Assembly: GCA_009103225.1 (NCBI GenBank)
Contig: RHPI01002048.1
Location: 1,212,629 to 1,276,628 of the forward strand
Direction of reading: 5' to 3'
DNA: 64,000 bases
Origin: Chlorokybus atmophyticus
Lineage: Eukaryota; Plantae; Mesostigma and Chlorokybus algae
Shown: positions 36,400 to 50,200 of the stretch, piece after piece
How positions within the stretch are numbered: the stretch's first letter is position 1
How the letters are laid out: every line of letters starts with the position of its first letter
The notes under the pieces: model-generated
The model's database searches: none
What the model was told of the DNA's origin: nothing
What the model saw: only the letters and a program-made list of their open reading frames with translations
Made by a program: the position numbers and the translations under genes

Positions 36400-38196
36400 G
36401 CCGAACTGTTTAGGGGCCATTCCACCGGTGCTTCTGCAGTAGGCATTGAATACCTTCCCCTCTTGGTCTTGTTGAGGGGGAGATAGTCACCGCACACGCC
36501 GGTCTGTCCAGTAGCTTGTTGAATTTTTCTTTGGGGGCATAACGATCGCGGCCGCAAAGTCCGATGTGGACTCCTTGATCAGGCCTGCATCTGACAGAGC
36601 CTTGCACCTTTGCTCCACCGAGTCTTCTTCCAACTTGGAGAGTCTGCACTGTCGTCGGAACACCGGTTCGGTGTCCACCAACTCGATGTCCATTTGGTAG
36701 ACTAAACAGCTACCCAGCTCCTTCACGCTGAAGCTGAGCTGGCTCCTCCACTTATTGAGGAGAGCCTCGAGTTGTTCTTATGTCTGGCCTGTAGCCAGCG
36801 GTCTAATGGCATGGGACCAAGAGGTAGCGTTGGCGACCACTGAAATGTCATCCATAGTGACTACTGCCTACTCCTGAATGTGGGCGGTCTCGAGGGCAGT
36901 GTGTGCCGCTTTGGTCTCTCGAACGCAATCAGCCNTGCTAAAGACGGTGCAGTATCCTACATCATAAAAGATACCCTCTGCAGTAGGCATTGGAAACTTG
37001 TTTTGTTTAGTCTTGTTGTTGAGGGGGCGATAGTCGCCGCACATGCGCCGGTCTGTCTAATTGCCTGCTGAATCCTTTTTTAGGGGCATGACGGTCGCAG
37101 CCGCAAAGTCCGACGTGGACTCCTCAATCAGGCCTGCATTCAGCAGAGCCTTGCACCTCTGCTCGACCAAGTCTTCTTCCAACTTAAAGAGTTGGTACTG
37201 TCGCCGAGACACCGACTCGGTGTCCACCAACTCGATGGCCATCTGATAAACTGAGCAAACACCCAGTTCCCTTACGCTAAAACTGAACTGGCTTCTCCAC
37301 TTGTCGAAGAGAGCCTCCAGTTCTCGCGTCGGGCCTGTAGCCAGTGGTCCAATGGCATGGGATCAAGAGGTAGCGTTGGCGACCACTGGGATGTCCTCCA
37401 CAGTGACTGCTGCCTGCTCCTCCATATGGGCAATTTCGAGGGCGGTGTGTGCCGCTTTGGTCTCTTGCACGCGATCGGCCCACCCCCCTGCCAGGTGTTC
37501 AAGCTCTTGGAAGGACACATGGCGGTCTTGGAGAGCAAAGCACATCTCTAACAACCACACCATGCTGTTCTGTTTCATGGCGCGCCCATACAACTGACAC
37601 TACTACTGACTATTGGTCAGCATGAAACTTGTGATACTGCCTGAACAGAAACCCACGACGACGGCATTCGCGCTCACGAGCATTGGGTTCCTCCAGCCGG
37701 CCTGTGTTGAAATCCAACACCATGTCGTCGTCTTTGTCGGAAAGCGTATGAAGTTGGGTAAGACACAAGAGCTGGGAGTGCACGGCGCAGTTGACCAGGC
37801 TGATTGCAATGGTAGAAGTGCTGGTGATTGTGTCGCATGACCGGTTGTGCTGTGCGCTCAGTGTCCAGGATGGCGTCGACGGTGAGATGAACGATTGCTA
37901 TGCAAATGCTCAGCAGCGAAGAGATCCTCCATTGTGGCCAGGTTGGTCCATTTGGCGCGGACACAATGAGCACGGGATCCACGACGCGCTGCATTGATTT
38001 TAAGAGGATGCCCCAGCAAGGAGCACAGCTGTTGAAAGCTTTTGGCCATGTGATGACGGTTATCGTCCTCGGAGTGCACGTTCTCGATGATGTTCCCCAT
38101 AGGCCTACAAAACTGGTTGATTTGCAGGAGTTTTATGACGCGCATCAGCTCCCAAAATAGTTGCGAGCAAGAATCAAGAAGTCCTTGGCCTCTGCC
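36400..38196 (-). pseudogene. Ty3/gypsy protease and RT N-terminal fragments with a local duplication of about 550 bp
   Basis: IELVDTEPVFRRQCRLSKLEE...GLIKESTSDFAAA occurs twice (about 36490-36720 and 37060-37245); the DNA blocks at about 36790 and 37335 repeat. Confidence 0.75.
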
Positions 38197-41100
38197 TGTT
38201 GAAGGACTAGCATGCACATGCAGCTGAGGCAAGCATGGACACACAGAGACAGAGCTACCGCCACCAGAGCATACACAAGCCACATCACATTCATCTATTA
38301 CAAGTTGTCCGCTGGTTCTTATACCAGCCAGTTACATACACGGCTACATTTGCAAGCACTGCGTAAGCTATACTCAGCCTTTTTACGCGCTCTAAGCTGT
38401 GCTGTCTTCCTTACAACTAGAGCTTTGCAACAAGCTTTTACACGCTTAATATGAGTAAGTATACGCGGAGATACGAAGCAGTTAGTAAGGCTCTAGTCTG
38501 GAGTCCGGAGTCTGGTCCGACGGTGCTGTCTTGCTAAGTCCGGACCTAGTGCTCGTCTCTACAAACTTCTACTCCTGTGTGGAGGGTCGATACTGATCGT
38601 ATGTAGGAATACTCTCAACACTCCCACGCGAGCAGCTTGACCTCCAATGCTTGCTTTTATTGTTAAACAGATGCCAAGTCCTGCGCAACAAGTCTTGAAC
38701 TCGAGCGGTGACAATGGCTTTGTCATGAAGTCCGCCAGCATGTCTTCAGTATTACAGTACTGGAACTCCACTACTCTCCCGGTCTCGCACAAAGTGATGC
38801 ATAAAATCAATGTGCTTCGTCCTTGCCGAGGCAATGGAATGCTTTAACAACTTGATGGCTCCTTGGTTGTCACAGTTGATGACGACGCACGCAATAGGGT
38901 GCTCCAGGTCGACCATAAGCTTGCGAAGCCAAAATGCCTTTTTCACATCTGCTGCCATGAACTCAGCCTCTGTTGTAGATGCTGCAGTAGTGGGTCGTAG
39001 CCTGCTGTTCCAGCTCACTTCACTTCCGTCTAACTTGAACAGGTGGCCTATTGTGGACTTCCTGCTGTCGAGGTATTTAGCAAAATCCGAGTCGCAGTAC
39101 CCCTCCACCGGAGTGCTCCCGCTCCCAAACTTGATTCCAATTGTTGCGCTTCCGGCAACATAACGTAGTACTCCCTTTGCAGCTTTTCAGTGCTCGGTGC
39201 TTGGTGCAGACATGTAGCGTGCAAGTACTCCCGCAGCATGTGCAACATCGGGACGTGTGCACACTACCAGATAGAGCATGCTGCCTACCAGTTCACCATA
39301 CGGATACAGAGCCCTGTCGCGTACCTCCTGATTCTTTGCCTTAATGAGGGCAATGCCAAGTGCCAGCCGTGTGGTCTTGGTCTTTGTTTCGGTGAGCCCG
39401 AACTTGGTGACGAGTCTTCTCACCATCTGCTCCTGATCAATCTTGATTATGTGTGCCGCTTTGTCGAGCTCAATCACTATGTCAAGAAACCACTTGGCCT
39501 CTCCAAGATTACAAAATGAGAATGCTTGTTGTGGAGCAAGCTTCGTCTCCTGCGGGTGGTGCACTTGCCTGACGGTGATGATAATATCATCAACATGCAC
39601 GAACAGCCAGACCTTGTTGTTTGCATGGATGAAGAGTTCAGGATTTGCAGAGGATGCAGTGTAGCAGAGTGTCTCTAGCTCCTGGGTTAGCTTGATGTGC
39701 CACGCAGTGCCTGTCGCAGCCCGTATAGTGCCTTCATCAGCTTGCACGCTGTGCCTCTCTCCCTCTTCATACCCAGGTGGTTGCTCAGTAAAGATCTCCT
39801 CCTCTAGTTCTTCGTAGAGAAAGGCAGTCTTCACGTCAAGATGATGCAGCTTTCGGTCCTCAGCAGCAACCATAGCTAGCAGCGCGCGAAAGGTGGTATG
39901 CCTACTTGTAGGTGCAAATGCTTCATTGAAATCCACACCTTCCTGTTGCAAAAAGCCCTTTGCCACCGGTCTTGCCTTGTAGCGCTTGATGTTGCCCTGA
40001 CCATCACGCTTCGCTCTGAAGACCCACTTTACTGGAATGGTCTTCACTCCTTGCGGTAACTGCTCCAGTGATCAAGTGTTGTTGGCATGGAGTGACGCAA
40101 TCTCCTCGTCCATAGCACGCTGCCATTGCTCCGCATCTGGTGCTAACAATGTCTCCTCATATGTGCTTGGTTCTTCACTCTGTATACTGGTGACGTATGC
40201 TTTATGATAGATGTCAGGTGCTGATCTCTGCCTCCCAGGGTATCTCCGAGCTGCGTGCTCCTACTGTAGGTGCGACTGCTTGTCTGCTATAGTAGAGTCC
40301 TGCTCACTCTTGTCATCGATGATGGCCTTGCCTGCAGCTCCCCCTGTCGTAGGAAGTTCCTCCGGCTGTGCTTCATCTGCATCTCGAGGAAAGAAGCTTG
40401 CTTCTGGTTGTGATAATCCCTCGTGAAAAACCACCTCTCTGCTCACGATGATCTTTTCAGTGTCCTCCAGCAAGATCCAGTAAGCCTTGGAACCCGGCTC
40501 ATAGCCAACGAAGATGCCCTTCTTGCTGATTGGCTCCAACTTGTGCCTCAGCTGTTCAGGCACTAGTGCATATGCTGTGCATCAAAATACACGCATACCA
40601 CTCACATCTGGTGTGGCTCCGTAGAAGAGCTCCCATTGCGTCTTCTGCTTCGAGCTCATTGGAGACCTATTGCGGATGTAGTTGGCAGTGAGTACTGCCT
40701 CTTTCCACAAACTATCTTCAATCCCTGCATCGTTGAGCATGGCTCGAACACGCTCCAGGAGTGTTCTGTTAAAGCGTTCAGCTGCTCCATTCTGCTGCGG
40801 GGTGTAGGGTGCCGTTGTCTCGTGGTGTATGCCCTTGCTGGCGAAAAACTCCTTCAACTCCTTGTTGATATACTCCCCTCCTCGGTCACTCCTCATTGCC
40901 ATCATTTTGTTGCCAAACTGCGTCTCCCACAAGGCCACAACTGTGCGCACAACTCCAGCAACTTCTGACTTGAGCGTCAATGGAAAGATGATGGACAGCT
41001 TGCTGTAGTCGTCGAGAAATGTAGCAAAGTACCTGGCCCCTCCCTTTGCCACAATGCGCTTAGGGCAACAGACATCCATGTGCACAAGCTCGCATGGATG

Positions 41101-42838
41101 CTGATTACTAAAAGAGGATAATGGGAATGGCATAGCATGCTGCTCTGCAACCAGGCATGGTTCACAAAGTGCACCTGATGCATGCTTGAGTTTCAGTGTC
41201 GAGATGGATGCCGTTAACCATCTTCTCAGTAACAAGGCGAGTAAGGTTGACGTAGCTCAGATGCCCAAACCTCTAGTGCCACAATGTTGGCGACTCCTTA
41301 TTCATCACCATGGCTTGAATATCGATGTCTTGAGGCTGCTCCACGTGGTAGAGCCCTCCCGGACCAGTGATTCCAACAATGTGCACGACCCCATCTAGAA
41401 TGACTGAGCAGCCACCGTTTAAAAATAGGATCTCCGCGCCTAAGCGCTCCGCAACCCTTACAGAGAGTAGACTCGCCTTATATACATGCAAGACGTTGCG
41501 TAACACCTCGCTAGTGTGTTACCAACCTTGCACTGGAGTCGTACGTTGCCAACTCCCTCAGCCACCAGTACTTAGCCACCGAAGCCCGCAACCTTCACTA
41601 TAGACGTCAGCTTCTTGTAGCTCTCCGTCTCCTCCTTGTTGGGTGTGTGATGACGATTGCAGCCAGAGTCCACCACACCCAAAAAGCTGTATTCTCCCTT
41701 GAACCGGATGCGGTGAAGGCGACATGTTTCTGCTCGTGATGATGCCTGTTGTTGCTGCTGCTGGTGCTTGCTCTAGGTTGCCCCTGTTGTTTCTTCCGAC
41801 AGTCTCGCTCGATGTGACCCGTCCAACCACACCAATGGCATGTGAGGTCTTTGTAACGAGGGTTGCCCGGCTTGTTGCCCTTGTACTTCTCTTCATGGTT
41901 GCTCTTCTTTGCGTGCTTGCCGGTGTAGAAGGCGACGGCATCCGCTTGCTCGTCCTTCTGCACGACTGTCTCCTCCACGGTGAGCAGCTTCAGTAGCACA
42001 TCGTCTAACGCCAACTCCGATGATGACGTCTCCAACAGGGTTGCGACGACCTCGTACTCTGCTGGTAGCCCTGCAACAATGGCCAGCACGACCACCATCT
42101 CCCCCATGTTGTGGCCGACGTTGATGAGGTCCGCCCATAGCTCTCTTGCGCGTGCAACATACTTCGTAATGGGTTCTGCTGCCTCCTTCATGAGTGCGCT
42201 GAGCTGCTTGCGTAGATGCAACTTTCCGGCATTATTGTTGGCTCTGAAAATGAGTGATAGCTTTTCCCAAGCTTGCCTACCATTTTCACATGCAGTGAGC
42301 ACGGGAAAGTGATGCGGTTTGCAGTTCAACACAAGCAAAGAGTGTGCTTCTACCGAGTGCTCTGACCACACAGTGTTTGCTCTTGGTGTTGGTGGTGGTG
42401 CCTTTGGATTAACATACTTCCACACCTTCTTAAGGATGAGCAAGGCCTTCATCTCCACGCACCATGTGTTGTAGTTGTCGGTGTCCAGCTTTGCAATCTG
42501 CCCCTTGTCGTAGGTCGCATCCATCTCTGTCGTGCCTCCCTTTTCTTTCAGTTGACACCCAAGGCTCTGCTACCAACAAGCTACCGTAGTGTAGAACTAC
42601 TATGCACACAAGCTAGTCTCACACTCCTCAAGCGTAGTGTGGGCCCATAACCTGTTAAAGGAGTAGCATGCACATGTAGATGAGGCAAGCATGGACACAC
42701 AAAGACAGAGCTACCGCCACCAGAGCATACACAAGTCACATCACATTCATCTATTACAAGTTGTCCGCTGGTTCTTATACTAGCCAGTTACATACACGTC
42801 TACATTTGCAAGCACTGCGTAAGCTATACTCAGCCTTT
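38197..42838 (-). mobile_element. Ty1/copia element 1 (Osser/Ty5-like); 3' LTR 38197-38620; 5' LTR starts at 42653 and is interrupted at 42838
   Basis: TGTTGA...TCAACA LTR; PPT ctcccac; order gag, protease, integrase, RT, RNase H (HMDVC, SDRGGEY, PQQNGAAER, HLDVKTAFL, VHVDDIII, YCDSDFA). Left flank CTGCC. Confidence 0.94.
42639..42652 (-). promoter_or_regulatory. Half-tRNA (internal iMet) primer binding site
   Basis: Minus strand GGTTATGGGCCCAC abuts the LTR and is complementary to the tRNA-iMet anticodon stem-loop. Confidence 0.85.
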
Positions 42839-44306
42839 TGTTGAGATTTGGACACTAATGATCATGCATGGAGTTGGTGCAAGCACAAGCACACACACTC
42901 TACCAGAGCATACACACAAGGCTGATCCAAAAAAGGCGTTCCAAGGATTACACCAAAGTCACACCACGGGCTTTTATACCCGCCAGTTCTGCACCTGTCT
43001 ACTCTAGAAGTCACCACGACTTTAACACTCAACAGATTCCTGCGCTCTAAGTTGCACCACGTAGCTACTCTCAAGAGCTTTTCAACAAGCTATAACACGC
43101 GCCATACAATGATGTAACCACAAAGCTACAACGTTTCTTCTATAGCGCCTGGAAGTCTCCAGTCTCCAGACTCGAATCCGCGCCTGGAACGTTCTCGACT
43201 GAAGTCCTCGCCTGGACCTTTCTCGACCGGCACCTTTTCGCGCCTGAATCTTCTCGCGGCTATTCTTATCCACAGGGCAAGCTGACCGGATACAAGAATA
43301 TCCTCAACACTCCCATGCGGGCAGCTTGGCCTTTAACACCTCTAAATGCCAACTCCTTGCGTACTCATGCGCGACGAACTCCCACGCTATCCTTTGCTCT
43401 TTCAACCATCTTGAAGACACTTCCCGCACCTCTCATAAGTGCCTCCTTGAAGCTTTTCACTTGCACACCCTTGTTGCAACTCTCATGGTCGTTTGCATGT
43501 GTCCCCACGTGCTCACTCTTGGCAACGTCCTGCACAACACCACCACTATACTGCTCCTTCTTGTCCTTGCTGATGCCAATGCTTGCTTCAGCTCCCACGG
43601 GCACCGGGACTGCATCTTCAGTCTTCTTGACACCTTCAGCAACCTCCACACGTGGAATCACTCCACCACTCGCATGTGACGCGCTCACCATCACTTGAGC
43701 TCCCGCTCCCTTTTCAGTAACAGGCACAATATGCGCCTTCTTCTTCATCTTCTTCACATCTGGTGCTAACTTGGACACCTCCACCTTGGTCTTCTTGTGC
43801 ATCTCCGCACCCTTGACCTCCTCGATGATGTAGAGCCCTCCAACATTGATGCCAACCAATTCTGCGATACCACGCAGCACTACCCTTCCTATGTCCCCAC
43901 TAAACACTGTCACAGCACCAACTCTCGCCGCGATGCGCATAGAGAATAGGCTAGCCTCTAGTCCTAGGACATGTAGCACCTCTCTCAACAACACTTGCCT
44001 CGTCTTTCCTCCAACCTGGGATAGGATCTTCGCTTCTCCTACACTAACTACGAGCACCTCCGTCTTGCCAATCTTCACCTTGATTGGCTTCTCTAAGACC
44101 TTGTACTTTGCCTTCTCACGATCACTCGTCATATGCCTCGTGCAACTCGAGTCCAGCACCCAACTAGCTGCCTCACCATCCGTTGTTGCATGAAAGGCGA
44201 TAGGCGTCTCTTGAACACGTCCCGTCATGGCATGATGCTTCTCTCCACCACGCTCCTCTTCGTGCTGCTTCCTCATTGAGCACTGCACCCTGATGTGGCC
44301 CTTCTT
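42839..44306 (-). mobile_element. Ty1/copia element 3, internally deleted (3' LTR 42839-43309, PPT, gag end and protease only), interrupted at 44306
   Basis: LTR matches the solo LTR at 15269; KKGHIRVQC, WVLDSSCTRHM, LREVLHV; no integrase or RT before the PPT. Confidence 0.85.
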
Positions 44307-44379
44307 CACCGGTCATTTTGAGACCCCCGCATGGAGATTCATGGCAAACGCACTGAATATTCGTATGATTTACCTTTCA

Positions 44380-44925
44380 GCTTTTTATCGAGTGAATAAT
44401 CAAGTGTTTTCGTACATTCTGTGCGAGTGAATCATCAAGACATTTCGTACATTCTGTGGTGCCAAAACGAAATTGCGACATTCACATATAAATCGCGTAA
44501 ATATCTACACAATAAATCAATGCCACCTGTACAAACCCATATACCTTGTATATTCAGTTGAAATCGATTGAATGTTCAAGGGCATGCAATTGTGAATGGA
44601 CACAGCATGTGCTCTGCTAAATATTCAGCTATACATTGCCTGAACATTCATGAAGGGGCATAAGCTTGTGGCTATAACAGACAGCTTAAACTCACCAAGT
44701 CCCAACTGCTCGTGAATAATCAATTGATCAGCTTGTCACACATGTATATTCATAACCTTCATCAGTTTCATGCCACAGATGTGAGTGAACATTCAACACC
44801 AATCTAAAACTACGCAATACGATTCACACTAAGTTCTAGCTTTGAGTGAATTTCCAACACCATTCTAAAACCAAGCAATACGATTTGCACTAACTCCTAG
44901 CTGTGAGTGAATATTCAACCCCACA
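44380..44925. repeat. Subterminal repeats of the CACTA-like element
   Basis: tttcgtacattctgtg occurs twice; about six (g/c)agtgaa(t/c)-a-tcaa-like motifs. Confidence 0.6.
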
Positions 44926-45128
44926 CGAATAAACATATACTCTCATTTTGGCTAAGTCCCGAATGTGATTGAAAACCAAGTAGATTGCACTGCTAATTCT
45001 AATATACAGTCCAATATATGTTAAAGCCAGAGTTGCTCAGCAATTCTACACAGCTGGTTTGAGTGGATGGTGGGGGACAGCTCTGATATGGACTACAGCA
45101 TTGCTATGCGACACACCACCTGCTACTA

Positions 45129-46260
45129 CTAGCTCAACTCATGTCTTTGCTGTGCTAACATACTGTCCATGAGTGTTCGCAATCGTCTTCTCAACCTGTC
45201 TGCCACTTGAGGATGAAACCAACTCCTTTGCATCTGCACACAACCACACAGCAATAACATGTGGTTACTAAGCACGTGTCGGCCTACACGACAGTGCCAC
45301 TGAAGCACCTTCCACTTGTAAACATTGCAGTGCACATGCATGAACTGTACATGTTGAAATATCCATATGTTTGGGTCAATTTGACCAGCTTGTACCCCAT
45401 CTACAAACTTGTCAAGATAAAGCATGACAAACAACCCGCACGCAACTCCATCCTTCTGCTGAGGGACCTGCACAAACATGTGTCAATGCTTGCAAACCAA
45501 ATGCATGTGCATGCATCCAATCAGTGCTTGTGACAGAATGCATGCAAACTCATCACTAGTGCAATGCAACGTGTGCTACCTGTGGTACAAGAAGCTGTAC
45601 GTTTTCGGGAGAGAAGTGTCGTTGTGAGTCACTTCCATGCTTTCTGCCCCATATGTAGTTAAGGTAAGCGCGCATAGGTCCATCAACGTTGCGATGCAGG
45701 CCAAGGGAGTCGAGATGGACGAGTAAAGGCGGCGTGTCACTTCCAAGTTGGCCTCCAGGATTGCACACAAGCAGCAGACTCCAGTGAGTCCTGTGTACAC
45801 AATCAAATAATTCCAGTTTGCAAATACAGCAGCAATTCAGCAAGATATTCTTGGCGCTTATTCTCACCGCTTGTCTGGGTGACAATTACTCCCCGCAAGT
45901 CTTTGGCAAATGATCACTCTCCCACCTGTCTATCCTATGATTGATCGTGTGCCAGTCATTTTGTCTATGGCAGCGCACGATCCTGGTGTAGATATGCGGG
46001 TGGAACAGCTTCACCTGAATGCCATCTGCTCTGCCTAAGATTTCCTCTTCCTTGTATCTGCATGTGCATCCCACGTACATATGAGATACACTAATAACAC
46101 AAACGCAACAAATCGTATACCTGCAAAAGAAGTGGAGGATGGTGTCATTGAGCTCTTGTCTGCCATCTAGTAACCTCCTGTCCGTTTCAAGCACTGGCAC
46201 CGCATCACGTGCACTTGCACTAGGGTAAATGAACAGTGGTTGCGGTGTTGACGGCTGCGG
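45129..46260 (-). pseudogene. ULP2/SENP6/7-like (C48) SUMO protease domain, intron-split
   Basis: FIYP...DAV...ELNDTILHFF; HWSLLLVCNP; LVHLDSL; VPQQKDGVACGLF. His, Asp, Gln and Cys catalytic motifs are all present. Confidence 0.88.
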
Positions 46261-46609
46261 GTTGCTGACTGGATCGTCCAGCACCATGATATCATCATCA
46301 CTGCCCGAGGTCCACAACTGCCGCAGCCGTCGTGGGTTGCTAATTACAACCCTCTTCGTCTTCATTGTCAACTTCCATCTTGACTGCCTCTGCAGCCATA
46401 AATGGTTCAATTGGGTAAGAACCACAACACAAATCAACAAGCTCAAGCACACAGCAGCTTACCAGTGTTAGCCTCATCCCCACTCTCTTCAACGTGTTGA
46501 ACCCCACTCTGCACATGTTGTGAAACCCTACCGCAACTGCCCAGTCGAGAACGACGAGCAAGGCTCTCCCTTGGGAGCTGCGCTGGAGCACCACCTTCTT
46601 CGTACGCAG

Positions 46610-46960
46610 CGCATCGCGAGCACGTAACCTCAACCATGCTACCCACAGCGTGCCGTCGACAGAGGCTGTTTGGACACGTCGCGCAGACTTGAAAAGCTGC
46701 TTCGTTGCAGTTCTTCACATGGCACCTGTGTTTTGGTTCAGTACAAGTGATGATGGTTCTAGGAGTGAAGTTCCTCACAACAAGATGCCAAGCATTTGCT
46801 GCAATGAAGTCCACTTACTCATGCCTTGGGCACTCCCGATATTCATCCTCCGCAGGTGGCATAGAGACACAGTGCGCGTGGTAGCTTTTTCAGCAACCTT
46901 CCACATCGCAGCCAGATATGGTGCCCCCATCCTTGCAGACAAAGCAGTAGTCTTCATGTT
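46610..46960 (-). pseudogene. NSD-type PHD plus C5HCH zinc-finger module
   Basis: HEDYCFVCKDGGTISGCDVEGC*KSYHAHC...ECPRHE, intron 46726-46818 (GTAAGT...CAG), then CHVKNCNEAAFQVCATCPNSLCRRH. Confidence 0.85.
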
Positions 46961-47269
46961 CCCGATGTTCCAACGCATCCAGCTCCAGTCTCGGTCTCAT
47001 CCTGTGAACAAAGGTTCAGTGGCCAGGTCTACAGTCTCACAGTAGGGATATGAGGCATCACAATCGCAAACAGTACCTCTTGTACTTAAAATGCCAGTCG
47101 CGGCGTGTGGTCTATGACACCTTGCTCGAGGCGCTATTGGTTTCGCTTCGGGCACCCTGCACCAAGTACACAAGATGGTTGTATGTGATGCTAAAACCCA
47201 GGATATATGAGGACATCCAGATTCTAATGGACAACGTTGTCAACTCTCCTCTTACCGAAGTTTCCCGGT

Positions 47270-50200
47270 GCATGCCTCGACGCATGAGACTGCGCCTGTC
47301 TTTAACAAGCGCTACTACTGTTACTTTGTTGTCATGGGGATCAATTCCCTCAAACCACTGGCCCTTGACCTGCCAGCAAGAAGGGATATTCATCAGCCAT
47401 TTTCATACTACTATTTCAATTTACTATCATCACACCAAGCACACGCCAAAACGATTGCAACACAGCCACTTACCAGGTTGCAATCAAGGTAGGTTTGTTG
47501 TGCAAAGCAGGGCTTGTCTTTTCTTAGGATTGCAAATCCTCCACTGTGCTAGACTTGGTTGCTCATGTACCACCTAGCTCTGAGCAGCTGGTGCTCCCAA
47601 CCAGCTATCACCACAACATCAAAAGATTGCACCCTGCCATACCAATGGGTCTTCTTGGTTGGGTCATCTGAGTCACGCCCAACGGTAAACACGCCACAGT
47701 CCATGGTGTGGAGTTTCTTCTCCATTTCCTCTACTCTGAACTGACCGATGTCCTTGTAGCGTGCTCTGAAATATCGCTTGATGTACTTTGGAAAGATTGG
47801 ACCGCTCAACAGCTCTATCTCGTGCTTTGTAAGCTCCCTAGCAGGTCCACGCCAGTGATGCAGCTTAGTCATATGCTCCATGTCCTTTGCCACGACATGT
47901 CCTTGTTTTGAGCCCTTTCCCTTGCCATCCTGCGTTTGTTCACCTCCCGACTGAACTCTCTGTGTAGCAGCAACCCATAAATAAGTCATATTGTGTGCGC
48001 GTTGGACATCACGTAAAAAACAGCAACTCCCAAAGCAACTTACTCTTTTAACAGCCTGTATTCATCATCATTTTCAGCCAACCACCACTCGAGCTCCTGC
48101 CTTGTCTTACTATCTTTATCCCCAACCTCAATACGGTGTCTCCGTCCGCAGAGCACATAGTCGTCATCATCTCGTTGCTTGCCCGATCGCAAACTGATGT
48201 CGGAGAAATGTCACTTTAAGGTGTCCATGTAAGTGTTCAGCATGAGCTGGATAGAGTATCTGCAGATGCAACTGGCACTTGAACAAGGCAAACAATGTGG
48301 AAAGTTTGCACGTAACTCTCAGTGGGCTCACACAAAACTTGCCTTTTGCAGATGCTTGCTTCCACATGCTGCCTTGCAAATATCATGCGCTTCACCCACT
48401 GCATAAAGCGTTCATGTGCCCACTCCCAGTGGTCACGCGTCGGACCAAGCCACATGCACTGCTCTGGTAGATGGCCAAGGAGGTGCAGCATCATTGTGAG
48501 AGAAGTCCGCGAGCCTCATGCACGTGCACCTGCACTAAGTAATAAGCTATGCATGCCATAGGAGCTGGGCATGCAGAGTAAAGTGTTATTAAAGCCAACC
48601 TTCAATTCTTCGAGGTGTGACTGCTTTACTTCCAATGCAGTCAGCCGTTGATAGATGTCGCATAGTTTGAAGATGGTTCTCTTCTGATCTTCTCCAATGT
48701 CGTGTGCAGAGCGCAGCACGTACTGAAAAACGACCGACCATAAGTTGTGCTTGTCGTGCAATTTCATCGAGCCTGCATGCTCCATGTAAAAAGTTCCATG
48801 CATGGAGAATCATTGCTTTAGCGTAAACACAAAACGTATAACGGCTATCTCACCTAAATGCTTTGTGAAAGACTGCAGTTTCGAGCCGAAAGTGCTTGAA
48901 ACCCTCACGCCGGAGAGCAATTGCTCAACCAGTCCTACATCTGTGATTGTCCATGGAGCCTGGGGTTTCACCTTGACTGCGATTTCCTTTCCATCCTTCA
49001 TCTTCATCGCTGTCTGCAGCACATAGGTTCAAGTCCTTAGTTAAATCCAACTATGGCACATGTCAACAAGGCCGACTACATACGTACCTCTAGCCAAAGT
49101 TTAGGCATGCGGCCTTGCTGCTACAGATCTTCTCGTAACTCGATGCTGTCGCACAAGCCAGCTAGGAGATTTGCAAAGTTGGTTGCCGGGTTGGCAAAAA
49201 TGTGCATAGGGCCAACCACATGACCTTTGACAGATTTTTGTAGCGGTAGCCAATATGGAAGGTCGCGATAACAGCTCAGTCCAAGGATGCCGGAGGACTT
49301 TGAAGGATGTTTCTTGGAGTGCAGTGGACGCTTGCTGTTGCGAGATGTCATAGCATACCTGATCACATGGCACCCATTGCTGACATACCTATGTTCTGCA
49401 ACCGAATGCGCAATCAACTGAGATTGCTCACCTGTACACGCTCTCTGCAGTCCGCATGGGTGGTGGAGGTCTGTATTCTGGTTGCGTCCAACGCTCATCA
49501 ACTCTGTAAGGATGGTCATCCGGTAGGTACCGGCAGTGGCCTTGATAGATCACCTTTTTGAAAAGTTCCACATGTTCTCCACTGCACTCGCACTTTGAAC
49601 AGCCAAAGATGGCTCCATGCGCCATCTGCAAGGCAGCTTTTGATGGAGCTGCGCAACCAACATGATGTAGTTCAGTAGCCACAACCATGGTTGCAAGGAC
49701 AGTCTGATATACAGATACAGTCAGACACTGATAACAGTAAGTGCAAGCACTGCTGCTGCTTGCGTATCTGGGTAATCATGGATTACAATCTCCAGAATAG
49801 ATCTGCAACGAAAAACTGCGTCGCGGTGGCTGTCATATATGTCTATACCTACAACAAATGCCAGCAGATTACATGCCTCAGTCATGCGCATTTATCAAGC
49901 ATGACTTCAGTTATGGAAGCTGCTTATCCTAGCTGCGTTGAAACCATACCTTCCAAGAGATCTCCCAACTGGTCAATCATTGGCTTGAGATAAAGCCTGT
50001 AGATTCTCTGGCTGTTTGGGTCCAGGGATTACAGCAGCTAGAAATGTAGTGTCTGTCTTGTGCATCTTGGCAATGGGCAGGTTCAACACTGAGATTGTGA
50101 CAACCCAAAACTCATAGTTCCCTGCAAGTCAACAAACCCTTTGCTGCCATTCGTACAGTTACACTGCAACGAGCATACAGGAAAAAAAAAGCTCTTTTAT

